A stretch of DNA of 63,986 bases, counting the filler, from Conidiobolus incongruus B7586 (Eukaryota), in the NCBI GenBank assembly GCA_000697335.1. It is 6 parts of 6 records of this genome, joined end to end, with 100 filler letters (N's around TTAATTAATTAA, not from the genome) between each part and the next. Parts side by side here need not be neighbours in the genome. Positions count along the whole stretch, not along the records: positions 50,005 to 58,247 come from JNEM01006076.1; positions 58,348 to 62,191 come from JNEM01006080.1; positions 62,292 to 63,986 come from JNEM01006102.1; 3 more parts are not named here. One strand, given 5' to 3'. Both the position numbers and the translations under genes were made by a program. Positions 52,381 to 63,986 of this stretch are shown here, piece by piece. How positions within the stretch are numbered: the first letter of the stretch is position 1; each line of letters opens with the position of its first letter. Below the pieces are notes generated by a model. That model was not told the DNA's origin. It did not search any database and saw only the letters and a list, made by a program, of their open reading frames with translations.

Positions 52381-55032
52381 ATCAATATCAATCCTATTTT
52401 CTCAATTTAAACCAGTCCAAATTTCATTTGTATGATGTCACTTTCAAATTTTATAGTTAGCTAAAAACTCTATGATTATTCCTTTTCATCCGGTCGTTGT
52501 ATAATATGAATGATTTATAATATTCATAAAGGTTAATATAATAACAATATTAATTTCAGTTCAACAGTTTGATAATAAATGGATATAATGTGTAAACGTA
52601 ATAAATAAATATTAATTTTGAGTAACATATTATTTGATCAAATATATCATTTATTTAACTATTATTCAAATACTTTTATAATTTTATAATAAATTTTATT
52701 GCTAATGATAATTCCATAATTTATTTTAATAGCCTTATAATATACCCAAGTTTGATTCATTTGAGGTAAATGACAATCAATCATAATTACTTTTAAATTA
52801 CACCAATTATTTTGTCATTAATTTTCTCATTTTTATATGATTAAATTATTGTTTTGATATATATGTGCTTAAAGTTAACTTTATGCTTACTAATAAAATG
52901 AATTGAAACAACTACAATAAATAAACTTATAAATTATAATTTCAAAAATTAAAAATTGTAACTTTGAGATTACTAATAATGTGAAGGTAAATTATATTAT
53001 ACTTATCCAAATTATCGATTATTAAAAAATATTGGCTGCGACTCATTTTATTGTAATTTAAATATACCATTTTAATCTAATTAATTTTAAATATGTATTT
53101 TATAAATTATGCAAATAAACTATGATTATATATATGTGTAAAGAATTCATTGATCATAATATATTATATTATAGATTTATTTCTAAGAACAAATATATTT
53201 AATCGTATCATGGTAAGTTAAATTTTAATTATATTATCAATAACTATTATATTATTTTTGCAATTGTTAAATTTATAAAATATAAATTTCAATATTTTAT
53301 AATTAATAACTGAAATGGAATTGTTTTATCAAAAACATCTCAATATAGATAACAATTTATATATCAAATTCAATTATTTATAATATTTATACATCATCTG
53401 AATATAAGATATTGTTTGATATTACATTAATATTTTCTCAATAGTATCAAATATCATGATATATTATAATTAAATCAAATATATTTTAATAAACATTTAA
53501 TTACAAAAAATTTGATAAAAATATTAGAATTGAAAATAATGAAATAATATATTGGTAAAAGTTCATTTTAATTTATTAATAGTAATTGTCATTTTTAAAC
53601 ATATTAAAAGTATAAAATATGGAAAAAATATTTACAATTATATTTAAAGTAGTGTATTATTATTGTTGTTATCATCATAAGAATGTAATCAATAGATTTA
53701 ATTTTATGAAATTTTATTAGTAATAATGGAATTATAGTATATTTTGATTAGTCGATGCTGTATTAATTAAATAATATTATCGGGTTTCTTTATTCAATCT
53801 AGTTTGCCTATAATAATTAACAAAAAAATAATTTAATTTTATACTGTTTAATTATATTAAAATATTGTATTAATAAAATACACACACACACATATATATA
53901 TATATATAAAGTTAACAAAACCATGATTTAAACGGTGTTTATTTATATTGAAAATTAAGGCAATAAAATTAAAATATTTATATTTTATATGCTCAATGTA
54001 AGTTGTTAATCAAAGTATCAAACAATAAATTAATATATTAACATACTTCAGATAACAGAATATAGTGCATTATATACTTTGAATAATACAAAATGATAAA
54101 ACGGTTGTTAATATTAATTGCTAATATAAAAATGATCAAAGACTAAAAATGGATTTTTTGGTAGAATAAAACATTTGAATTATTCTAATTAATTTTATAT
54201 ATTCAAAATATTGAGTTAATCAATTTTTAATCATATTTTAGTTTAATAATATTTTTTCTAAATTATTTATAATATATGAAAATATTTTGATTATTTCATT
54301 ATTAAAATCAGTATCATTAATATTATATATCTTTTGAAATATACAATGAATAATGAATATAAGTCTTAATGCTATATAGCTACCTCGAAAGTATATTGCT
54401 TTGTTAAAATCCCTAATTCTTCTTGCATCATTTCTCCAATATGTCATTTCAAATTATTTACAAGTGAATAAAATTATCTAAACAATAATTATTTCATACT
54501 TTGCTACTGATTCCAGATAAATAAAAAATTAATAACGAAGAACTCATCTTGTAAATCATATATGATATTGAATTTCATTTCACATTTGTTAAGACTTATC
54601 GATTTAAATTTGGGACACATAAAATGGATTTGTCTTGAATAAATATACAAGTCTAGTAATTAGTGGTTTAAGTATTTTATGTAAAATAGATAATTTATAC
54701 CATTTGGAATTTCGAATACAAAAATAATTAGTAAAATCAGAATTTATATAAAAAATAAATATAATGTTAATATAGTATTAAATATCAAATTGAAATATCT
54801 TGATAAAGATTATTTATCTAACTCTTAATTAGCTAAATAATATTGATTAATTTTATTATTTTCATGATTTAAATACAAAAAAGATTGGAATTTTTAATTA
54901 AAAAGTATTTGTAATACTAAAAATTATATATAAAATTTTTAATTATTGGGATGAATGAATAAATTCTTTTATTAAATGCTAAAAATAATTAAATATTTTA
55001 ATGATTGTTATTAATAAAATAATACACTAGCG

Positions 55033-55036
<4 letters not shown>

Positions 55037-55064
<28 letters not shown>
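55037..55064. repeat. (AT)14 microsatellite
   Basis: Read directly. Confidence 0.9.
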
Positions 55065-55682
55065 TCCTAAATAAACTTTATTACTATAATAATGAGTAGT
55101 AGTTATATATTATTACTGAATGAGGTCAAATTGTGATTATTATGCTGGATATACTATTGTATAAAACTTAAAATATATATATACTGTTGCAAACTATATA
55201 CATTTCGCTAAATATAATTAAAGACATTAAATAAAACTCAATTTCAAAAATAATATTATATACTCCCCACATCTGTTTAGTTTAATTTTAAGCTGTTGTA
55301 AAATAATTTCTCTAATTAAAATAAAATTTGAATGATAATTAAATAATAAATTGTGTTAAAAATTTAAAATATTTTCATAATGAGCTTTGATTTGAACAAT
55401 AACTCTTCTAATTACCCAATAGAAATTAATATATTCCGTTGTAAAATATTAATAAAATGATGATTTGTTCAAATGTTGGATTATAACACCAACTAATTTC
55501 TTTAATAAAAATATATATATATATTATATATTAGAGTTTGGACGATTTCTAAAGTGTACAACTTCTACAGGGGAATTTGGTTAGTATGTTAAAAATGAAT
55601 GATTGGCATTCATTAAATACGGTTGTGAGACGAAACCTTTATTTTACTAAGTTCTTGCGAGGCACGGGTAACCATCAGAAAC

Positions 55683-56102
55683 TTAAGCCTGTTGTTTCTT
55701 AAGTGCAGCAACTTCCTTGTTGAGGATGGCACGACGTTGCTTGCGTAATTTCATAAGCTTGAAACGATCGAAATCAGTCAAAGTAGCACGCTTGGCACGC
55801 TTAGCTAATTTTTGGGCCCAGGCGGAGGCTTCCCACTTGGAAACAAGTTCAGCGGATTCAATAGCCTTCTTTAAACCAGCGGAGCGGATACCGCGGGGGA
55901 GCTTGGGGAGGGTGTAGGGAAGGAGTCTGAGGTTCTTGAAGGAGTGGGCGTGACGAGGGACACCAGTGGTGGGTCCTTCAATCAAGGCACGGTTGTGATC
56001 GATGATTTCGACAATGACGGCAACTTTGTTGTTGTACTCACCACCGTTGATGAGGACGGCACGGCCAACTTCGACAACACGTTTGAAAACACTGACAGTC
56101 AT
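55683..56102 (-). CDS. RPL14: 60S ribosomal protein eL14
   Basis: FKRVVEVGR, VIVEIIDHNRALIEGP, LTDFDRFK; strong high-expression codon bias. Confidence 0.97.
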   Translation of the reverse strand: MTVSVFKRVVEVGRAVLINGGEYNNKVAVIVEIIDHNRALIEGPTTGVPRHAHSFKNLRLLPYTLPKLPRGIRSAGLKKAIESAELVSKWEASAWAQKLAKRAKRATLTDFDRFKLMKLRKQRRAILNKEVAALKKQQA

Positions 56103-56160
56103 AGCTGAAGATAGTTAAATGGATGCAGGCTCAAGGTTGTTGAATTTGCCTATAGCAGTA

Positions 56161-56326
56161 AAGAGAAGGGCCATATCTTTAAGTTAATACAACGGATTAA
56201 GGACATAATTCACTACTAACAATTCCGAAATTCACCGTTTGTGCATATTAGGCCAATTAAATTGCATAAATTGGTTATCCAAAATCTTTACACCAATCAG
56301 AATTCGATTTTTACCAATATCACGTG
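56161..56326 (-). promoter_or_regulatory. RPL14 promoter: CCTTCTCTT, GGCCAATT, TCACGTG
   Basis: Motifs at 56161-56169, 56251-56258 and 56320-56326, in the same order and similar spacing as at RPL2. Confidence 0.6.
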
Positions 56327-58247
56327 GTTTTATTCAAAATTTTTTCGCGTAAAACATTTTTGATAAATAGCTAATAATAGCTAGAATACTATTTCAAGAT
56401 ATTGGTAGGTAAAATATATAATCAAATTTGTAGCTTGTATATTTTTAATGATCGAACGTTATTTAAAGTAAGTTTCCTAATAATTTTATTTTAATTAAAA
56501 TGTTAAAACTATTATAGCTATCAGATTTTATTCAATAATTTATTAATAAATAATTCAGATATTATTCTAAAATTTAATATATACTCCCTAATACTTGTGC
56601 CAAGTTACATCATTTTATCGAACTATTTTTCAATATATTGTATTTAAATTATTAGTATTTCGTATATATGTTAGAACTCACCAATTATACTATTTGTGAT
56701 ACCATGATGCATAGTTCCATATTTTTAAAAATTAAATTAATATTTGTATTATGTTTATTCAATTATTAATGATCCAATAAAATAAAAAGTATAATTATAT
56801 ATCTGGTTATTTTAATATTATACCAGATAATCACTTATACATTCACTTGATATACATTTTATCTATTATCCAAATGTAAAAAATGATTCCGGGTAATATC
56901 TTTTAAATCACTTAGGTAAATTCGCACAAAAATTTTTTTCTCAATTTGACATTTAAAATCAAAGAGAAATATTAAAAGCTTTATACAATCATAATTTTAA
57001 GAAACTCAAATATCAAAGTTTATGATTATTTAATATATCCTTTATAATTTTTCCAATTAATAATATACAAATTGTTTTATTTAATGAACTTTATTACTCG
57101 GAATGTATTAATATCATTTATGAAAGTTATCAAAATTATAATGAATACTTTGTTATTTTCACATAACTGATAGTGAATACAATATCTGACACCAAAAATA
57201 ATTGATTATTTTGATTTTTGTTTGTTATAGGATACCATATGCAAATCTATTTGAATTCATTTTTTAGTTTCTATATAGTTGTATTGCTAGAATTGAGATC
57301 CAAGATCATAGATAGTACAGGCTATTTTATCTAAAATGATTCATTTAATCATATTTTTTATTTCAAGTATTTGATCAGATCATTAATTTTGATAAAACAA
57401 CTTAAATATTTTTTAATATACTCGAATAAATATAATCTAAAATGATATGCGGATAATGAGTAAAGAATATTGATATTTAAAAAATATCATAGCTTTGTTA
57501 CAATAAACTCTTTTCAAGCTGTGGCTGCTGTAAAGATATAAAATCCATTTGACAATAAATATTAAATCATACTACTAAAATATCTAATATAATACTTTCT
57601 TAATTTTAATGAGTTTTGCAATATAAAAATCTTTGTGTTATTTTAACTTTTATAATGATAGTAATTAACATTTATAGTATAAATATAGTTAAAAAGAATA
57701 TTATTAAATAACAAACCTATATAATATTTGATCAATATTATATTGTGATATAATAGACTTTTATTATTTTGAAAATTTGTATTTAATTTGGATTTAATCA
57801 CCAAGAATCATTTAATTTCTATAAGCTATCAATATAATAATAGTTATTTAATTAAATACAATCTAAATAAAGAATATATTTATTTTTAAATTTTGAATTT
57901 ATATATATTTTATAAGAATATTACTCTTGGGTTAAATTTTCAATAGATTTTATTAAATTTTATTAAAGTTAAGAGTTAATAATATTATAAATAATAATGT
58001 TTTTAATGCCAAACAAATTTTAAAATAAATTGGTCTGATAATTTAATATCTTTTATAAAAATTAAATAATAAAATATTTTTAAATTTGAACAGAGATATT
58101 AATATATAATTTATAAATATTAAATTTTTATCATAATTATTAACTTTTGGTTATATTTTTGATATATTTTTAAAACTTAATAAATAGGTTTTTTATTAAA
58201 AATTAAAATTAAGATTATATAAATTAAATTAAATTATTTATATTAAT

Positions 58248-58347
58248 NNNNNNNNNNNNNNNNNNNNNNNNNNNNNNNNNNNNNNNNNNNNTTAATTAAT
58301 TAANNNNNNNNNNNNNNNNNNNNNNNNNNNNNNNNNNNNNNNNNNNN
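58248..58347. other. Assembly gap linker
   Basis: N-TTAATTAATTAA-N spacer that truncates RPL2. Confidence 0.98.
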
Positions 58348-58788
58348 GATACGGGTACGACCGTCTTCGTTGTGACCAATGATAGTGGCGTAGGAACCGG
58401 AAGTACGGGCTAAGGCACCACGATCACCAGGCTTTTCTTCAACGTTACAGACGATGGTACCTTCGGGCATAGCGTTTAAGGGAAGAATGTTACCGACGGA
58501 AAGGGTAGCCTTCTTACCGGCATAGACGAATTGACCGGTGTAAGTACCTTCAGTAGCGAGGAAGGTTTCGGTGCGGAGCTTGTAGCGGTAAGGATCACGG
58601 AAGACGACCTTGGCGAGGGGAGCACCTCTACCGGGATCGTGAACGATTTCCTTGACAACACCACGGATGTAACCTTGACGTTCAGCGTAATCTAAAGTAC
58701 GGTGCTTGGCGGCACCCTTGCGGTTTTTGTTGTGAGACTTGAAGATACCTCCGGCACCCTTTCTCTGACCACGAATGACACGACCCAT
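58348..58788 (-). CDS. RPL2: 60S ribosomal protein uL2 (L2/L8), 3' end lost in the gap
   Basis: [48 protein letters not shown]. Confidence 0.97.
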
Positions 58789-58809
58789 TATGAACTATAA
58801 AATACTAGA

Positions 58810-59051
58810 CTAAAAAAAAGTATTGTTAGATCAATCGTTCACATAAATATATAATAAATATGAAATAAATTTTGCGTTAGGTTTTGGATAAGTTGATGGT
58901 TGTGTTCTTGAAAGTTGGTATGATCTAATGTACATTGCTGATTTACTACATATTATTATTTTATTATATTATACTTTTCAATCATCTCTTATATTATTTT
59001 TCATTATTCATTCTAGTTGTTGTATTGCTGCTTTGTAAGTAGGCCACTTAC
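58810..59051 (-). other. Putative 242-nt 5'UTR intron of RPL2
   Basis: GTAAGT donor at 59051, TCTAAC branch and a T-tract/AG acceptor at 58810, 21 nt before the ATG. Confidence 0.65.
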
Positions 59052-59092
59052 ACGAAATTGAAAGTCAACGGTCGTTCCTATAACGGAAATGG

Positions 59093-59263
59093 AAGAGAAG
59101 GCAATTAAAGCGCTATTTTGATCATGTTAAGTTGCCCCCATTGCAAATTTGATCTATTTTGCAACTGGGAGTTGCCGGCCAATTTTACGAAATTCCGTTC
59201 ATCCAATCATATTTAATTATTTCAACTTTTCTTATTGTTGAATAGTTTTTTCCTAATCACGTG
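59093..59263 (-). promoter_or_regulatory. RPL2 promoter: CCTTCTCTT, GGCCAATT, TCACGTG
   Basis: Motifs at 59093-59101, 59177-59184 and 59257-59263. Confidence 0.6.
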
Positions 59264-62191
59264 AATTTCTTTATTTCACTCACAATTTTATTTTATTTTG
59301 TAATTATATATTATATCTTTTCTAGATATTTTTATTAAAATTTGAATATTATGTTGAATTCTTTAATAAATATTTATTCATAGTATATTCTTTGCACTAT
59401 TTTTATTGATGTAATTATATAATTATATAACTGTTTGTTACAAATTGATTAGATAATTCAATTTTTTCGAAATCAAAAATATTAAACTATTTCTACTACA
59501 ACAGATCGCTATATTCATATATGTATTTATATAGAACTATTATATTGTCTTCTATTTTTATTATTGATTATAAAATATGTAGATTCGAATATTTAAATTA
59601 GAGTAAAAACTGATTATGAAACTGCTTGGATAATTAATATTTTAATATTTTTTCAATTATGAAATCAGATTTATTAAGCAACTTAAACTGATAAATATTG
59701 TTTGTTTGTATATATTTTATAACTAATATAAATTATTTTATATAATTGTATTAATCGAATAAAGAGTAAATAAATATAATTTATTGATATTTAATAAATT
59801 CAAGTTTATTATGAATATCATTTGAGTCACATAAATGATAGTTAACAAAGTTAAAATCAGCACTAAATTGCTAGCAATTAGTTTACTGATTAATACTTGT
59901 TTTAACTATGTAGTCTTTGATATTATAATTATAATAAATAAAACCGTTGTTTAATTAGTATTCATTTAAATAAATTAGAATATAATATTGTATTTTTGAA
60001 AAAAATATAACAGATATATTCTGAATTAAATTGTTTTGTCTTAATTAAATGTTCACCATCCAGTAAACGAATAATTTCAATAGAAATTAGAAGTTATCGC
60101 TAATAAAATGGTAACTAAAATTTATCTAAGCTGTATAAAAATATCTTAATTTATTAGGAATTAACTACTAAACATATTAATTCCTTTTTGCCAGCTTATA
60201 TTTTTTTAATACATAATATGGCTGAATTAAAAAATTTCAATTTCATTTCCTAAATTGTGGGTTGTGTATCTTTTTCAAAAGCTTTTAAGACAAGTAATTT
60301 AAAATATTAAAATTAGCAAATACGTAATCTAGTTTGTCAAGGTAATATATTTTTATATCTGATATAATATTCATTTTTTGATTGAATGGCATTATTTATT
60401 AATATGAATAATGATTTATATTTGATTTAATTGAAAATTCTTCAAATGGATAAATTTTTATAGAATAAAAATTGCCAAAGTATTATATTTATTTATTTAT
60501 TAATATCAAATAATATTATTAAATCACGTTCTATTGAATGTCCAATATCTAGTAAATAAAAATATATAGTTATCAAATCCAGTTTAAAATTATCAATTTT
60601 CATTCAGTATTTACGAAATTAGTTAAGTTATTCAAGCTATATATAACTAGAATAACTCCTTACATAATCCTTTCAAAAGCCAAAATATTTGGAATCCCTA
60701 GATTATATTTGTTGAATAAGCAATATGTGTATATTATAATATATATCCATTTTCGTAAACAGTATTATTTATTATGATTTAACAATAGTATTCATATTTT
60801 TAATATCAGGTTAATAATTTGAAATGATATGATTAACAGAGTAAAACTTCGGAGAACTACTACATTTGATTATGTTCCAGTATTATTTAATCATCAACAT
60901 TGTAACAAAAATATTTTAACAATCATTTTCATAGATTTATTATCTTATACAACATTAGATTGGTATTGAATATTTCTTATATATTTTAGAAGCATTTATG
61001 ATATTAATAATATTTATAACATGTATAAGTTTCTATTATAATATCCGTAATTTTTCCAGCAATGATCATACGTTTTTATCACTATTTTCAACCAAGTTTC
61101 GTAAATGTATTAATTAATTAAAAAAATATTTTTAGTTGATTAAAATGAAGTTGTTCTATAAAATTATTTCTTTTAGATTTCTATCTAACAGCCAAGTTAT
61201 ATTTTTCTTAACCTCATTATATATTTTTGCTTATAATATTTTTTTAATGATTAAACAATACTACACTAACTATAACGCTAATCCTAAATCTATACTCTGT
61301 ACTATATAAAACGTGAATTTAATATTAACTTTGGAGAATTATTATTATATTTCAATAATTATTCGACATTAATCTTACGTTAACTTTGAAATAACTAACA
61401 TTGGCAATATTCATATATTAAGTTTTTATCTTTTAAACAATTTTCGATTGGATTTTTGAAATAAATATAAATATTCTCAAATCTTTAATATAACTATTAA
61501 AAATGATTATATAACTTTACAATTTTTCAGTTGCATTCAATTTGAAAAATTTGATTAACTTTGATAAAATATTTTATTATATTCAGAATTAAATCAAATA
61601 TATCTAGTCTATTATAATATAAAAGCATTCCTAAATTAAAAATATAATTCCATCTTTTAATATCAAATTTAGATTGGTTATTTTACAAAATACATTTATT
61701 TTGCATATATTACTCTAGATTTTGAATAATAAGATTTTTTAAAGATTGAAAATAAATAAACATTTAAATATATAATACAAAATTAATACTTTGTTTTATT
61801 ATAAATAATTTTTTCCTATATTTTTAGTATATTTTAATATTTAAAAGTAATTGATTTAATTACAGATTAAAATTTAATTTTTAAAAACTAATTTAATTTA
61901 TTTATTAAAATTTTTCTTATTAATTAATTTTGAATTGCTTAAGATAATTATAATCACATAAGTTATAATTTAGTAAATATATTAAATATGGTAGTCTTAT
62001 CCAATTATTTTCTATTAGAAATTTTTTCCAACTTTATAAATTTTATTTTTAATACTCATTATATAAAAATTTAATTAAAAAATATTATATAATTTATTTT
62101 CCCTTAAAAGATAAATAGAAATAATATTTATATTATCATTCAATATAAAATATCTTTATATTAGAGTTTATAAAAAGGATCATTTTAATTT

Positions 62192-62291
62192 NNNNNNNNN
62201 NNNNNNNNNNNNNNNNNNNNNNNNNNNNNNNNNNNTTAATTAATTAANNNNNNNNNNNNNNNNNNNNNNNNNNNNNNNNNNNNNNNNNNNN
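62192..62291. other. Assembly gap linker
   Basis: N-TTAATTAATTAA-N spacer. Confidence 0.98.
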
Positions 62292-62374
62292 AATCAAATT
62301 TAATTATATTTATATTTATAGCTTAATTAATTCCTAATTTATTTAATCTAAATTTAAATATAAATATTATTATA

Positions 62375-63944
62375 CATTAACCTATAAAAGTGAGTTATAA
62401 AATCAAAAACATTTATATTTTTACTAATAACTTGATTAATATTTAATAAAATAAACTTAAATTAAATAATTAAAATCTATTATATTTATTAATTATATAT
62501 ATCATTAAATAATGATATTTAGTTATTAATTAGTTAAAATATAAACCTTTAAATTTTATCTAAGGTAAGTTATAAATTTATAGGTTTTTGGTGATAAAAA
62601 AAAATTAAAACTTAGTGTATCTACCTTTAACTTTTTTAACTTCTTTAAGTTTATAGGGTATAGAATCAACTAACTTCTTACACTAAAAAAAATTAATCTT
62701 GTTCTATACTTCTTAAACATATTTTTAAAGTTAATCTAAATTTTTTACTAGGGGGAAAACTTTAATAACTTTTTTTAACTAATCCTAAAGGTGTTTAATT
62801 AGATTAAAGTTAAGAAATTGAAAAAACTACTTTATAACTATTATCTTATTATTTTTAAGCTATTTAATAGTAAAAGCTGTAGTATAACAAAAGGTATTAT
62901 TTTATTAGAAAATAACATTAGATTTATTTAACTTATATTATTTAATGGTTTTTTTCAATTTATTATTTAGAATACTTTAGTATATTTTAATATTAATTCC
63001 CTTATTAACTTAATAAAGATACTTTACACTTAAAAATAATATATATCCTTAAATAATAATTAACCTACTATTATACTTTTAGGTAAAATTAATATAATAA
63101 TTATAAAGTAGTTCTATATCTTTTTTAAAGTATTTAACTTTTCTATTAAATCTACTAAAGTATATTTTTGTTTTATTAAATTAAATAACCTTACTCTAAT
63201 TAGTTTTAATTTAATATTAGTAGTGATATTTAAACTCCCACCTAGTTTTATAGTGGGATTTTTTTAATTAAAGGTGTTTTTTTTAAAGTGTAAGTAGTAT
63301 CTATATTAATATAAAGTATTTATAATAGTATTAGTATTAATTAATATTCTTGTATAGTTTTATAGTTCCTGTTATATTTCTACAGTAGTACCACATTTAC
63401 TTGTATTAACTAACCTACAAATATACTTTTTATTATGTTCATTTATAATTTTAACACACTTAAGTTTAGGTTTAAATGTTTCTTTATTGTTATTCTTAAC
63501 AACTTTAACTATAGTAAACTAACTAACACTAGTAATTCTAACAATATTATAAGTTGATTTACCTTTTTTATAAAGTTGATTGATGCACAAATAGATTTTT
63601 TTAGAGAGGGATTTAGGTATAATAATACTAATAAAAAAAATTTAGTATATCTGTAAAATATTATATAAAATAATAACAAAGAGAGAAAAAAGATATGGTT
63701 ATATATTGTTAAATATATCCCTTTATCTCAAAAACCTACAAATTTATAACTCACATTAGTTAAATATTAAGGGTTAATATTTTTGCTAATAGTTTACTAA
63801 ATATATTTAAATATATTTATCTATTATTAAATAATATACTTTAATTATATATTATAGTTTTAAGTAATCTAATATATAATTGTTTTAGTTATTAAGTAAA
63901 ATATATATATTTTTGATTTTATAACTTACTTTTGTGGGTTAGTG
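62375..63944 (-). mobile_element. Full-length hypermutated Tc1 DNA transposon, copy 2 (1570 bp, TA target duplication)
   Basis: Left TA|CATTAACCTATAAAAGTGAGTTATAAAATCAAAAA and right (reverse complement) TA|CACTAACCCACAAAAGTAAGTTATAAAATCAAAAA terminal inverted repeats; transposase relic inside. Confidence 0.92.
62605..63620 (-). pseudogene. Tc1 DD34E transposase relic (copy 2), about 338 aa ancestrally
   Basis: (M)PKSLS..HTH-like N-terminus, KHGGGSIIVWGC, FQQDNAPCHT, WPPQSPDLNPIEHLW and DSMP..KGGYTKF* are recoverable by undoing transitions; the D (62899-62901) and E (62794-62796) are 34 residues apart. Confidence 0.9.
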
Positions 63945-63986
63945 TATTATAACTTATAATTTTATTAAAATATATTTTAACTTTAT

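Noticed and set aside
58810..59051. snoRNA in the unusually long RPL2 5'UTR intron
   Set aside because: No convincing C/D boxes or H/ACA hairpins found by eye; an Infernal/Rfam search would be needed.

Overview
Very AT-rich eukaryotic (fungal) scaffold with short 45-57 nt introns and five artificial 100-nt gap linkers. Gene content (F-box/LRR protein, SABATH methyltransferase, CAT-like permease, small secreted proteins) suggests an early-diverging fungus, probably Conidiobolus-like; this is inference. Genes: F-box/LRR protein, APC amino-acid permease, two near-identical Pro-rich secreted proteins, a low-complexity secreted protein, SABATH carboxyl methyltransferase, an MFS transporter with three decayed paralogues, six-exon HNT1, five-exon CaMKK-like kinase, two small secreted proteins, glucosidase II alpha (cut by a gap), RPL14 and RPL2 (cut by a gap). 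There are several solo LTRs and a tRNA-Thr pseudogene. The main finding is two ~1.57-kb copies of a Tc1 (DD34E) transposon, invisible in the ORF track. They were destroyed almost only by C>T/G>A transitions (37 of 39 differences in a hand-aligned 320-nt block), a RIP-like signature in a lineage where canonical RIP is not established. The two ribosomal-protein genes also share a promoter layout: TCACGTG, GGCCAATT, a CCTTCTCTT TOP/TCT-like motif and a probable 5'UTR intron.
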